Part shown: positions 39,901 to 52,400 of the stretch, one piece after another
Numbering within the stretch: the first letter of the stretch is position 1
How the letters are laid out: each line of letters opens with the position of its first letter
Source: Amphiscolops sp. MND2022
Lineage: Eukaryota
DNA length: 64,000 bases
Assembly: GCA_964187785.1 (NCBI GenBank)
Contig: OZ076409.1
Span: forward strand, 79,052,001 to 79,116,000
Direction of reading: 5' to 3'
Notes under the pieces: model-generated
The model's input: only the letters and a program-made list of their open reading frames with translations
Database searches by the model: none
Told to the model about the DNA's origin: nothing
Made by a program: the position numbers and the translations under genes

Positions 39901-42900
39901 ACTTTAGAAGACCTCTCATTGGCGGAACAGGTGAAAGCGTGGTATGACCTGGAATCTTACGGTTGCTGCGTTCAAGCCGATCCTTGCTCTGCTGCAGACA
40001 AGCGTGCCAACGAAATCCTCGAGACAACTACCGTGCACGATGGAGAGCGATACTCAGTCGGTATGCTGTGGGCGACAGACAACGTAACGCTGCCTAACAA
40101 TTACTACGCTTCACTGGTCCAGCTGAAATCACTTGAACGGAGACTGGAAAAGGACCCAGAACTCAAATCAAATTATATCGAAACTGTCCACGATGATCTT
40201 CAAAAGGGTTATGTGATCCCCATTGGTGAGTTCAACCCCGAATGCCGTTCCTCACGAGATTGGTATTTGCCACATCACCCCGTGGTAAACCCGAACAAGC
40301 CGGAGAAAGTTCGACGGGTACTAAACGGGGCGTCAATGTTTCATGGCAAGTCGCTGAATAGTTGCCTGTTAACAGGCCCTGATCTCTTGCAAGACCTGTT
40401 AAACGTCCTCCTTCGCTTCCGACAGTATCAGTATGCAGTTTCAGCAGATATTGAAGGAATGTCCCTTCAGGTCGGTGTGCCTCCTCCAGATCAAACATGC
40501 TGGCGTTTTTTGTGGCGGGAGGACCCCACACAGAATGTGGAGACACTCCAGTACACGAGACACATTTTTGGAGCGAGAGACTCGCCGACGTGCGCTAACT
40601 TTGCGCTTCAACAAACAGCTAGAGACAATGAAGCCACCTATCCTCTTGCCGCAAAATCCGTCCACCAGAAGTTCTATATGGACGACTACCTCAACTCTGT
40701 TGAGTGTCCTGAAACTGCTTTGAAACTGAGTCAAGAGCTAATTGAAATGCTCAAACTAGGGGACTTCAAGTTAACAAAGTTCATTAGTAACGTAAACGAT
40801 TTATCTGAAACACTTGAACCGTCCGTTCCTGTCCCACAAGTTAAAGAAATAGTCCAACACCCAACGATCTCGTCGCATGTTTTAGGTCTCAAATGGGATC
40901 ACAAAGCTGACACTATGAATGTGAGCCGAGGCGTTAAGTTGGAGGAAAATCGACCCAACACACAACGCACTGTGTTGAGCACGGTCTCTGCCGTTTTCGA
41001 TCCGCTGGGAACTGTCGCACCCTTTCCGTCGTTGCTCGCGTGCTCTTGAAAGATATTTGGAAACTCAAAGGGCAACAGTGGGACAATCCACTGCCCGAAG
41101 ACATCTCTCGCCAATTTGATGATTGGTGTTCCGGACTACCGTTGCTTCAAGACTTAACAATCCCTCGCGCATATTTTTCTTGCCCAGTCGAAGAAATTGA
41201 GCTGCCTATGTTCGGCGACTGCTCCAAGGACATATTCTGCGCTGTAGGCTTCCTTCGAGCTAAGTGTCAAGGTTCAAATATTGCGCATTTGTCATTCGTA
41301 GTAGGCAAAACGTGTTGCGCCTATGAAACCAATAACAATTCCTAAATTCGAGTTGCAAGCTGCGCTCCTCGCTGTACACTTACGTCAGAAAATCCTCGAT
41401 GCATTAACTTTTGATGTGCCACAGTCTTTCATGTGGACTGATAGCAGCACAGTGCTTCAATGGCTTGCTTCGGCAGATAAACAGCCTGTTTTTGTTGCGA
41501 ACCGCGTAGCGGAAATTCTGGAAACCACAACAATCGACCAATGGTTTCACGTTCCTACTGCTAATAACCCTTCAGATGCTGAAACGCGCGAACTCGCTGC
41601 AGCAGATCTTCCCAATTGTTGTTGGGTGAAAGGGCCTAATTTCCTTAGAACATCCGACTGGCAGTTTGAACCGGAATCATCTGCTATTTACAGTATTAAA
41701 CCAACGGAAACGTGTGCAACTGACGAATTACAGTCCAACTCGCTGGCAGCAGCGTCGCCGCCTAACTCCCCCGTCATAGTTTGGAGTAACTATAGTCCTA
41801 TCGCAAGCTAATCCGAATTGTCGCTTACCTTCTTCGGCTTTCGCCTCGTTACCACCATTTTCGTTCCATTAATGGCAAAATTGAGGACCCGAGTGAGTTG
41901 GAGAATGCCGAAAAGGAACCCATTTTACTTGTCGCAAGTAGAGTCTTTTTCTAATTATCTTCTTGCCGCCAAAGGACAAAAGTCCGGCAAACTCGGTCTC
42001 CTATCATAGTCCCCTTTCATTGGGCCTGATATTTTGTTACGCTCACAGAGCCGACTGCGGCGTCTTTCAGACGTTGGGTACGACACCAAACACCCCGTAA
42101 TACTTGATGGCAAACATCTTTTCGTCAAGGTAATGCTGATACATCTGCATCAATTGTACCATCACCTGGGCTTTGACTACGTAAGAGCCCAAGTGGGCCA
42201 TAAGTACATCATTCTGAAGATCCGCTCCATCCTCCGAACCATCCGCTACCAATGTGTTCCTTGTCGAAAACGTGACGCCGTAATCGTAAACCCCATGATG
42301 GCATGCTTACCGGAAGAAAGGCTTGGTTATCTGGAGCCACCCTTCAGTAACTGCGGGGTGGATTACTTTGGCCCTTTCTTTGTTTCTATTCGGCGCAGCT
42401 CGGAGAAAAGATGGGTGTTCCTGTTTACGTGTCTCACCACCCGAGCAATTCACCTGGAAATAGTTACTTCTATGGACACGAGTGCGTGCGTTGCCGGAAT
42501 TGAACGCTTTATAGCTCGGCGAGAAATGCCCAATGTAATATGGTCCGACAATGGAACTAATTTTGTCGGGGCCGAGAAAGAACTCCTCGAGGTCACCCGT
42601 CGCTGGAATGACTACGCGCCAGCGGCACTCGTATGTAAGGGTATTCGGTGGAAGTTCAATCCGCCCGGCGCCCCGCATCATGGTGGGTCCTAGGAAAGAA
42701 TGGTCCGGAGTTGCGAGAGAGTTTTCTACAGTATCCTCGGGAACCGTAGAATGACAGATGAGACTCTGAACACCACCTTCTGCCTCGTTGAACAAGCACT
42801 GAATAATCTCCCGCTGACACCTGTTAGTGACGACCCGAACGAATTGGAAGCGCTAACGCCTAATCACTTTCTTTCAGGCCGATCATTCCAAGCATTACCA

Positions 42901-43293
42901 AGTCTAGTTCCGGGGGATGAACCAGATCTCCGCCGACGGTATACTAAAGCCCAAGCCTATGCCAACGCAATATGGGTTAGGTGGATGAAGGAATACGTAC
43001 CATCGTTGCATAAGCGTGGTAAGTGGAACAAGCTCTCTGATATCAGCCTGAAATCAGGCGACCTCGTGTGGGTTGTCGACAGTGCAAACCCACGAGGCTG
43101 TTATCCACTCGCTCGCATAACATCGTTGCGTTATGGAGCCGATTCCGTGTCCCGCTCCGCCGAGCTGCGAACCTCTACCGGTTCACTTGTTCGTCCGCTG
43201 GTCAAACTTGCTCCTGTCTTCGGGCCAACATCTTCGTTGAGGGCGGAAGATGTTGTTGACAAACAACATAAGCAAGTGACAACTAATGATTGA
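36951..43293 (+). pseudogene. BEL/Pao gag-pol disrupted by stops and frameshifts
   Basis: LSKYDGDPLSW and EKLTYLKTLVTGKA (Gag); three Cys/His knuckles ending HNTLLH; LCDTGS; WYLPHHPV, LLTGPDL, FGARDSP, YMDD; MFGDCS, WTDSS; CGVDYFGP, SDNGTNF, LTPNHFL, LVRPLVKL. Confidence 0.95.
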
Positions 43294-43544
43294 CAGTTCT
43301 TTTAGAGCATGAAACCCCTAAAACTAATATGATTGACAACAACTTTTGACCTCTTACATAACAGGCTGTTATTTTCGCGTCTGGTTCGGACTGTGTTCAA
43401 TAATGAAGCACTAAAAAACCTTTCATACGGAAATTATAAAACTCATGTGCAGTAAATCCATACATAAAAACGACCACTATTTCTTTTGATATGACTATAG
43501 CTTCGAATTAACTCTTCGAATTTTTACTCCTTTTACTGTCGTCA
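43251..43544 (+). repeat. BEL/Pao 3' LTR
   Basis: Begins with TGT immediately after the polypurine tract and matches the 5' LTR. Confidence 0.93.
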
Positions 43545-44908
43545 AAGGTCATCAAAGGTCAAACTAGCTCAAGTTATTGGGCTCTCTTGAAATGACTGAG
43601 GAAATTAAAGTAGGATTCATATGAGTTTTCAGAAAGGAAGTCAAATTTAGTTGTTTACCAAAACTTCTTGACTTGTGAAAGCTACTGGCGAACCAGTTCT
43701 TTTCGCTAATCCAAGTTTCTTGCCCCCGTCTTGGAGCTCAATTGCTTGTAGTTCGGTAACTCGATTGTGTCTATTCCAATATATTTCAATTCCGCCTCAG
43801 TTATGTTAATTCATTGCACGTATTTCGAAAGATCTCATCTTTACATTCGGTCATACTTCAATATTATAATACTGGGCGTCAGCAGCTGAAGTTTCCATGT
43901 GGTCGCTTTAATGATTACATATCCCTTTTATGCCATAGTGAGGCCCTCTAGTTTCACTTCGACTAAACATTCTTTGTTGCCCATGACAAACAGTTCACCA
44001 ACTTGTCCAAAGTACACGTTTCGTAGTATTACTAATCTCGATTTAATCGCTAAATGACATTCAAAGACAAGTTTTACATTTGTTCTCTAGGGTCAAATGT
44101 TTCTGAGTTACATGCTTCGCTTTACCTAAGACAGTTACCCCCGGTTGGGTTACAATTACAATTGAATTCACGTAAGCAATCGACACCCTTTTTTAGCGCT
44201 GTTCGTTTAAGATATTATGAGCTAAGGTCAATTGCCTCCTTTCCGCCGGACCCGAGCGTCTAGTCCTGCGTAACTCAAAACAAAAAAACTTCGCGCTCAA
44301 CGGACCAGTCAATGTAACTTTCGTTAACTTAACGTGGGGTTGGTAGGTGAGTATCTTGGACATGTTTCATGATCCTCCGGTCAACTGGTGACGATTTACA
44401 TAACAATTAGGCTCTTTTTGCATAGGTTCAGTGCGCCTTCTATGTGGGTGTTAGTGCTCCGACAATATAAGCAAACAGTCTAATAACTTATGGGTTATGA
44501 ATTCTATATGTAATACGACTTATTCCAAACGCGGTGGGCGCACCCGTCTGCTAATAATTGTCTCTTGGAAAAACCGTTTGGGGGGAAGGGTTGAAGATTT
44601 GTGACCTGTGGCGTTTCATAGTAAATCTTGAACAATGTTCGCTCATAAGTGAAGCGTAGTAAATTTCGCTCTCAGAGATCAACTCTGTTGTAGCTGATTC
44701 GAACAATCGCTGCCGTCAGTTCTATTTCAAATTTAAGTTGTCGAAAGTATCGCCTACTAAGTGAACAACTAATTTGCAAAATGAGCCCTAACAAAACACG
44801 CTATGGTCAAGATTGTCAATTGTTTGTACAAATCCGACGGTCTAGAATTGTTGTAAACATAGTTCAGTCTATTGTCTGGGCTTCGCCCTAAAACAATGGG
44901 AATTTGAT

Positions 44909-45070
44909 AACAAGCCGGTATCGGCCCAAGTCGGCGCCATATCTAAGGCTCCAAAATAGCAAAAGGACTTCAACGTGTCAAGTATTCCCTTCTACAGTAC
45001 CCTAAATACCAAAAATTGGACCGAATTGGCGCGCGCTTTCGGATATTTTAACCTCCATGCTGTTGCAAAA
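44909..45070 (-). mobile_element. Family A Helentron-like 3' fragment
   Basis: AACAAGCCGGTATCGGCCCAAGTCGGCGCCATATCTAAGGCTC. Confidence 0.75.
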
Positions 45071-45449
45071 ATACAGGATCAAAACTGAATCAAAACTTTT
45101 GTCAAACAAAGGTGACATCGGTGCTACCACAGCTCTAATATTGGCCTACTCGAGCAAAGTAGTTCTAGGGAAATACACTCTCAGGTAATCAATGTCTTCA
45201 ATTTTTCCGCAAATTGTGTATGAATCACCAAAACAGTGTATCCCAGTTTGTAGCGCTTTTCTGGTATTAGTCAAAAATGTCACAAGATAAGTTTGAAAGT
45301 GACAGTTTAGTACCCGGTAGATGTTAACAATAAAAACAAAGCAGATCTTGACTCTAGCCATTCTATTCCAATTCTACATTCCATACTCTTCAACGCTATT
45401 TATGATAGCGACGTTGAATTTGAACGCAACAGAGCTGATAGAAATGAGC

Positions 45450-46367
45450 ATCTAATGTTTTTTTTTCTAAAAAACGCAATGGAAAATTGAACCATCCCGT
45501 CAGAGGTTTGTTACGCGTACTCAACTAACAGACAATACCCTCCAGCAGTGGCATGTCTGAACGTTTTGGCAACACATTGTGACATCGGGGAAAGTGCCAC
45601 ACACTGGTATTAGATAACTTCATCTTGCAACTACAAAATGTCAAGGTGAAATTGTGTACCGGGCATAAAGAACCAACAAAGGTCCTTGACTTCGTCATTG
45701 CACTCGAAGAAAGCGTAAAGCTCCAAAAAGCGTTTTTTCACGGACTGGGGAATCATTGTATATGCTAATGAAGGAAGAACTTCTCTTTTGTTGTCAAAAT
45801 AAATAACTCCGATAAATGATTAAAGTGTGGGGATCCGAACTTGACGTTGGACCATAATGAAAGTTGTACCGCTGCAAAACGTCGTTGAAAAATCCGACAA
45901 TGCAACGGAACATTCGAAAAGAGTCTGCAAGAACAAGTTCCAACAAGCATTAAAATATGAAACAAAAAACAAATCCCGAAGAATGCGAAGAGCAAACTTT
46001 CTTTCAAACGATGACACAGTTGAAGAATCAGGTGATGAACAACCGATATTGAAAGTTGACCAGGATGGAAAAATCCTTATATGAGAAAGCGAAACTGTGT
46101 AGGAGCTGTGTGGGCGCAAACTTCAAAGCAATATTCGATACGAAAAAATCATAGTCATAGTTTATGGAACCACTATTTCATAATTAACGGAAAGCGATTA
46201 GCAGATAAAATTTAAAGCAAGAAAGTAGGTCTGCGTGAAATGATTGATAATAAAGGCTATGTGAACTAAAATAAAGAATCACTGTAGTTTATGAGATTGG
46301 AAGTAGCAGCCCTGACAGTATCGAAGGCGAGAGATTTAGTTACACAAGATTGCAGAAGCTTGATAAT
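45450..46367 (+). pseudogene. Decayed Gypsy (Mag-like) gag-protease fragment, target of the giant element
   Basis: Frame-broken KLCTGHKEPTKVLDFVIALEESVKLQ, knuckle remnants CGDPNLTLDH and HSKRVC, NFKAIFDT, and KARDLVTQDCRSLI ending at the TGT of 46368. Confidence 0.6.
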
Positions 46368-47101
46368 TGTAGCGACTACCTATCGAGTGCACGATTTCGA
46401 AAATTTCGATGAAAATTTCGTTCAAGGGACTATATCTCCTCTACTAAAGAGTCATATTCCGCCAGACGGCAGCGTGTCTTTACTCAAGTACCTGTCCACG
46501 GAATTGAAGAGGATTTGAGCAAGAGACTCGAAAGAGACCCCAACCGAACGAGAAGATTGCAGAAAAACACGGCCACTATCAGAAAAAGACTCAAATTTCT
46601 GCCAAAACGGACTGAACTTTGTTCTAACCAGTGCTTTCTTCAGCGAAGCGTTACAAGACGCTGTGATTACCAAAAATGAGTCAATTAGCTTGACCAAGCA
46701 TCCGTGCTTGTGTCCCCGGCTAATTGCTGCCTCAAAAGTGCTAATTATGTAGTAATTTTCGTATTTTCTTGTTGTAACAGCTCGTGAGCTACTCATTTCA
46801 ATCTCCTGTGTAACTTCGATAAAACTTGATTTTTCCTTTCCACCACTTGCATTTTTTAAAGGCTGTCTAAGTGTTGATTTCGAAGAAAAAGCGTAATGCG
46901 CACTACTGATAGCAATTACAGACTGGATCAGGCCGGCGAGCACTTCACAAGAAGCGGAATCCTCCTCTGACGGGACAGTTTTTACCCGATAGAGGCAAAA
47001 TGAGCTCATGGTCATGGGCGCCTGTCCCGGGCAAATACCCATATCATGTGTTCCTCTAACTCTTATGGTTACGGCGACAATGGTGAGAGCTTGTCGTTAC
47101 A
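46368..47101 (+). repeat. Probable 5' LTR (734 bp, TGT...ACA)
   Basis: Termini TGTAGCGACTACCT...AGCTTGTCGTTACA form an imperfect inverted repeat. The segment is colinear with the reverse complement of the solo insertion at 14514-15285 (shared CGGGACAGGCGCCCAT and CATTTTGCCTC). It has no TSD of its own and a PBS lies 16 nt downstream. Confidence 0.7.
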
Positions 47102-47117
47102 TAGAGACATCATTTTT

Positions 47118-47136
47118 TGGCGACCACAGAGGGATC
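47118..47136 (+). promoter_or_regulatory. Primer binding site, tRNA-Arg-like
   Basis: TGGCGACCACAGAGGGATC resembles the reverse complement of metazoan tRNA-Arg 3' ends (TGGCGACCACGAAGGGA). Confidence 0.7.
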
Positions 47137-49488
47137 GCTTCGAAGTGCTTCCCTTAATGGCTTTAAAATAGCCGACCCTCTGGTGATTGACGCCAAGTAC
47201 GACCCGACTCTGATGGAAAGAAGAGAGAACCAGAGTTTTTCCACGTTTTTACCCTGTGTGTCATTGAAGATTTCAACCCCGGTGGATAAAGGTAAATCTT
47301 GTAAAAAAGCGCTGTATGTTGTGATTTTCATGCTTTTTTAGTAGTTGACAGGTAACGATTGAATTAGTCTACCCTCTTAACGGGTCACTCATAATATTGG
47401 TCTAGCAAGCCGCTGGGAGGCTGCTAGAAGTGTTAACAGGTGTTTTCTAGCCTTTTTCAGCTTTTTATGACCAATGAAGTGAGTGTTGAGAAGAGGATAA
47501 CCCTTACTCAGAGGAATCCTACAATCTGCCGAAACGAGTTATACGACTCACCGATCCCATTTCCCGTACAGGCAACCTAGAGAAATGAAATTTGGTGGAG
47601 ACGTACTACAAATGCTGACGTGTCTAATGGTGCAACCCGCTTGTCTCTGGCTGTTCTGGGTGATGAGCAAAAAGAACGGGAAGACACGACTCGTCAGTCC
47701 GGGTTGTATGATATTTTTGAGTCAGGTTGAAAAATTTTTTTGGGTTGCTCAAAATTTTGTGTACGACCATTTGCCAATGTTTTTACGAGCCTTCTGTAAC
47801 TAAGTGTGTGCTTTTGCACCAGTTTTGTGCGAAAAAAGTGCGTTTCCTCATGTATTTTCGACGAAAAGTGCCAAATTTGGCCATTTTGAGGCAAAACACC
47901 TACATGAGCGCGAGCGCTCTTGGTGCTAGCCACACACCTGCAGAAATTAAATAAAAGTAGCTCAGGACTCTAACGAGTTCGCAAAAAACGCGACGAAATA
48001 CTCAAAGTTGCCCGAAAAGGCACTTAGTATAAGTTTTGTGAGGAAGAAAACCCGTTTTTGAAAGATTGAACATTTTAGCACTTTGGACTTATGGGGGAAC
48101 TTGTGTGAAAGCTTTTAAACATCCCCGCATGGTTGCAATTAGGTTGGGGTACACCTGCCGGTACCCAACAATACTCATTTTGGTAATTATAACCACTACT
48201 TCTTGAAAAAAGTTACGAAAACTGTGATTTTAAGGTTTTTCTATAGTACTCTTAGAAGAAACCCAACTTGACATTTGACGAACACTTCTACACTTAGAAT
48301 AGCCCCCGGGCTATTATTTTCAGTTTATTCAGTAAATTTAACGATCTATAGTGAAAACCGCATGCAAAAATTCCCATTCAGTGCTGAGAAAAGTAAAAAA
48401 ACGCACTGAATTTGATCAATTTTCCACATAACCGGACTGTCTCTGAGCTAGGGTCGGGTCATCGATTCCTGAACCCTAGCCAAAAAGTGGTTGCATTTTC
48501 GTAACCACCACCAAAATTAACGTTAGTGCCGAAAATTTGGTGAACGTAACTTTCACCAAAATCGAGAAAAGTGCTCTAACGTTTCAACTTCAGAGGACTG
48601 TAAAACTACCGAAATAACCCAAAACTGAAGGACTGTCGGTGCCTCGTACTTAACGGGCACATCTATTCGAGGGTTTATTCTAGTATTACGAGTAGTGGGG
48701 CAACACGTAGATCCCATTTTTTCAACCCTACCACTTTTTGAGGTGACCCTCTTAGCCAATTTGTGAAGAAAGTAGCCTAAGATTGTTTTTCTTTATGAGT
48801 GTCGTCCAAGTAAGGTCGAAACCTCAAATAAGCGTCCGCGCTTTCTTTTGATGGTCTCACCGGCACTGTACACACTCATCGGCTGTAACTACAAAGTTTC
48901 GTGTCAATCCAACCGGTACTTGGTGAGAAAATAGAAAAAACGTACCACTCAAAAAGCTGGGCATAGAGGGTGATTTTTCAAATTTTTCCCGAGTGATCCG
49001 AATACCTTAATTGAAAAACGAGGTTGAATTACAGTTCATTTCTACCATTCGTACCAGATATTACGTTGTTTTGCAAATTTTGAGCCCGCCAGCTTTTTTC
49101 AGTAGAGCACAATCTCGAAATAAGCATGAAAATTGATGTATTTTGATGACTGAAGGTACCGAACGTCCGGATCAACCTAAATCTTGAAATAAAAACCCTA
49201 GCTTGGATTTAATTTTGCTATCGTGTAGTACACCTACCACAAGGTCAGGTGGCCAATTTTCAAGTGTTTCCGACGATTAGACGTTGCGTTCGAGGGATCT
49301 TAGTCATTTCCAAAGAAATTTAAAAAACTCAAAAATTGTCTAAAAACCCAATTGTTTGCGAATCAGCTATTCCGTAAGCTCCAAACGCACGGTTTCCGGC
49401 CCCACACCACGGTATCAACACGCTGTGTAAGTTTCACGCCAGTACGACCCCTAGATCGATTTTTGACTTTTTCGAGACGTGCGAAATC

Positions 49489-52400
49489 ATGAAACCCAAC
49501 AGTTTGCGTAACCTTTGGATTTCCATAACGAGAACATTAGGCCGCGCGAACACCCAGCGACGCTCTAATCATTCAAAAGGGGGGAGGAAGGACATCTCGC
49601 GATGCACTGAAACATCAAAGACACCAGATCCAACGGGGTGCGAGACAAACCTCAGTGCAATATCAGACTTGACCTCAGATCCCAAGGAGGAAGATTGGCC
49701 AACTGATGACAGTTTCATTATGGAACCCGATTTTTCAGACCCCATGTCAGACGACGCATCGGAGGAATATCAAGCCAAGCCGGTTGCCAAGACTACCGAT
49801 GATATCGGAGGTTCAGCAGACGAAACAGGAAGTCAGGCGCACACGTCCAAATGGTTACAAGAACTCACCAAAGTAGCCGTCACACCTTTCGGTACTGACG
49901 AAGCAGGAACATGGCCCAACTCCAACAGGACAAACGCTGAGGAAGAAACTGAAATGAGTTGCTTGAATGCCACTGGACAACTCAAAGCTCCCAGCGTGGC
50001 CAGCGAGAGCACTGCGAACACGGCAGAGATATTGCAGCAAATGTCCTATGTCGGGGGTATGAACTATGCCAGGACACGTCTTCAAGAAGCTACAGCCCCC
50101 CGAGCATCTGGGAAGGGTAAGCAAGTACGGCCTCCAGCCTTACTAGCACAGACTGGCACTACAGGACCTCATGGCGACTCGCGCTCATCCTTACCTTCAT
50201 CAAAAGCTGCATCTGCCCGATCTTCAGCATATCGAGCCGTACATGAAGCAGCGAAAGCACGCAAAGCTCTGTTAGATGCCCAGATAGGCGTGAAGCAAGC
50301 TGCTTCACAACTGTCTGAGCGTAAAGCAAGATGCGACAGAGAGCATCAGTCAATAATGGAAGAGATAGAAGCCGTACAAACTGAACTGCGAACTTCGACT
50401 GAGCGACAAGCGCAAGGACATGAAATTCAGGCAGCTCGAATGGATGCCATGGGTTATCGAATGGCCGAAATAAAAGACATGGTGACCGAAAGAGAGGTGC
50501 GCATGGAAGCTCAACTGCAAGAGGTATGTTCACAGATACAAGCAATGGGCACCATGTTGAAAAATATCCAACCTCAACCCGCACCAGTAAGCAACACTAT
50601 CAAAGAATTGCTGCAAGACACTAATATATCACTGCCAAAACCCATGAAAAGCGTCTCCCTCAAACCAAAAGAGAGTGTGACGATTTCGACAAACCCATCT
50701 GGCTCTAAACAACACTTGGCTAGGTACGCGCCCTTGCCACAAACTCTGGTCTCAAATGGAGAAGCTGCGTCAACATCGACGAAATTTATCCCATCTGCGG
50801 TATCAACAAAAAATATTCCACCCACAACCAAAACTCACAAGAAAGAACCAACATGCGAGGTGATAACTATCGACACTTCAAGCATGGGTATTAGCGACCT
50901 GCGAGAGCCCACACGCGCAAACATGCTAACCGAAGTCACTAGCACCTTCCAAACAGCAAATGCAACTTTGGGAGAATCAGCTGTAGAATTCCAAACCGCG
51001 AACGACGAATTACCCTCGGGCAACCCATGCGCTAGCAGTACTCGACGCCGAGAAGTGACTCTCCCCGAGAACACCGATGACTCTGTCAACTCAACGCGAG
51101 GCAGCAGTATCCCGCCACCAGCTATCAGCGAAGAAACGCCTATATCACCGGAGCAACTCAGGTTTACCGAGGCAATATCTAAAGCCATGTCCAAGGAACT
51201 AGCACCGCTGATTGCTAATCGAGACCAAACCAGGGTGCGCCCTACGGTATACAAAGGCACTAAAGATGGTTCTGTCGATGGATGGCTCCCAGTGATGAAG
51301 CGATTTCTAGAAAGGGTGCATGCAAAATCCCCAAAAATCGACAGAGCCTGGGCTATCATCGACCACCTGGAAGGAGAGGCGAGAAATTATATTATCAACA
51401 AATCTGAACCTGAACGAGACGAGCCCGACAAGGTATTCTCTCTCTTGGCCAGCAGATTTGGAACCGGTGGGAATCGCATGCACGTAAGGCAAACCTTCAT
51501 GTCTCGTGTCCAACAGGAAAAAGAAGATTGGATGCAATTCCTGGACGCATTAGAAGGTCTGCGCACCCAAGGTTTCCCAGATGAGCCTATCACTACACGT
51601 CGTTATGAGATCCTGCAACGTTTTATAGATGGTGTCAATGATCCGACGCTGCGACAAGAGTTGGCCGTGGTATACGCTGCAGAGGCATATCTGACCGAAC
51701 CACCAACTGTAGAATCCCTAAGGTTCACCACAAGACAATTGCAACGGCATCGCCCAAACACGTCAAAACCTTACGACCCAAGGTATGCAATGAGATCGAG
51801 GCCTCATCCTTTCGTGCCAGGAAAATTGGTTCATCCAGCACCAGGCCTACCGCAAAACGTACTACCTCCTAACCAAGGACAACGAGAGGCTAAACCCCAA
51901 ATGGCTCCACCAGCCCCTGCATCAGTAAAACAGGCTCCTGCACAACAGCAACCAGCGAGAGTGGTTCCCCAAGGAGCATGCTTCAACTGTGGGCTACCAG
52001 GTCACTTTGCAAGGGAATGCCCAAGTCGAGACCTAGCAAGGAAACCAGCGGCTCGCGCTGCACCTGAAGAGCGAGTAAACTTATGTGAGAATAATGTGGC
52101 CTCTGCATGTTCTGGCCCCGTATTCTGTGTAAATTGTGGCATGACTGAACACTCTGCATCACAATGCCAAAATGTTCCAGTACATGAGGATTTGGCCTAC
52201 AGCCTCTGGGCTGAACAGCCACCTGCTTCTCAAACAATGAGCGACAGTGAAATGGTACTTATGCTTCGTCCTGCTGAAACCGCTCATGTGGCAACGCCCC
52301 TTACCGTCACATGTGGCAAGATTCAAATCCAGACGAACCCGGAGCCAACTACTTTTGATCCCTCGGGACGCACTATCATGTCTGTCCGATTACTATTGGC

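Larger units (their letters stand above)
35298..43544 (+). mobile_element. BEL/Pao LTR retrotransposon, full length but decayed
   Basis: Two ~294-bp LTRs with about 11 mismatches by eye, PBS at 35601, PPT GAGGGCGGAAGA at 43239-43250, and BEL-type gag-pol motifs. Confidence 0.95.

Noticed and set aside
46452..47042. 196-aa minus-strand ORF
   Set aside because: It lies wholly inside the LTR-like segment, has no recognisable motifs, and no equivalent ORF is listed for the related solo copy.
46355..47117. 46368-47101 as an independent solo insertion in the Mag protease (joined flanks read SLIIRD)
   Set aside because: There is no target duplication and the downstream sequence is a PBS plus leader rather than Mag pol; this reading is disfavoured but not fully excluded.
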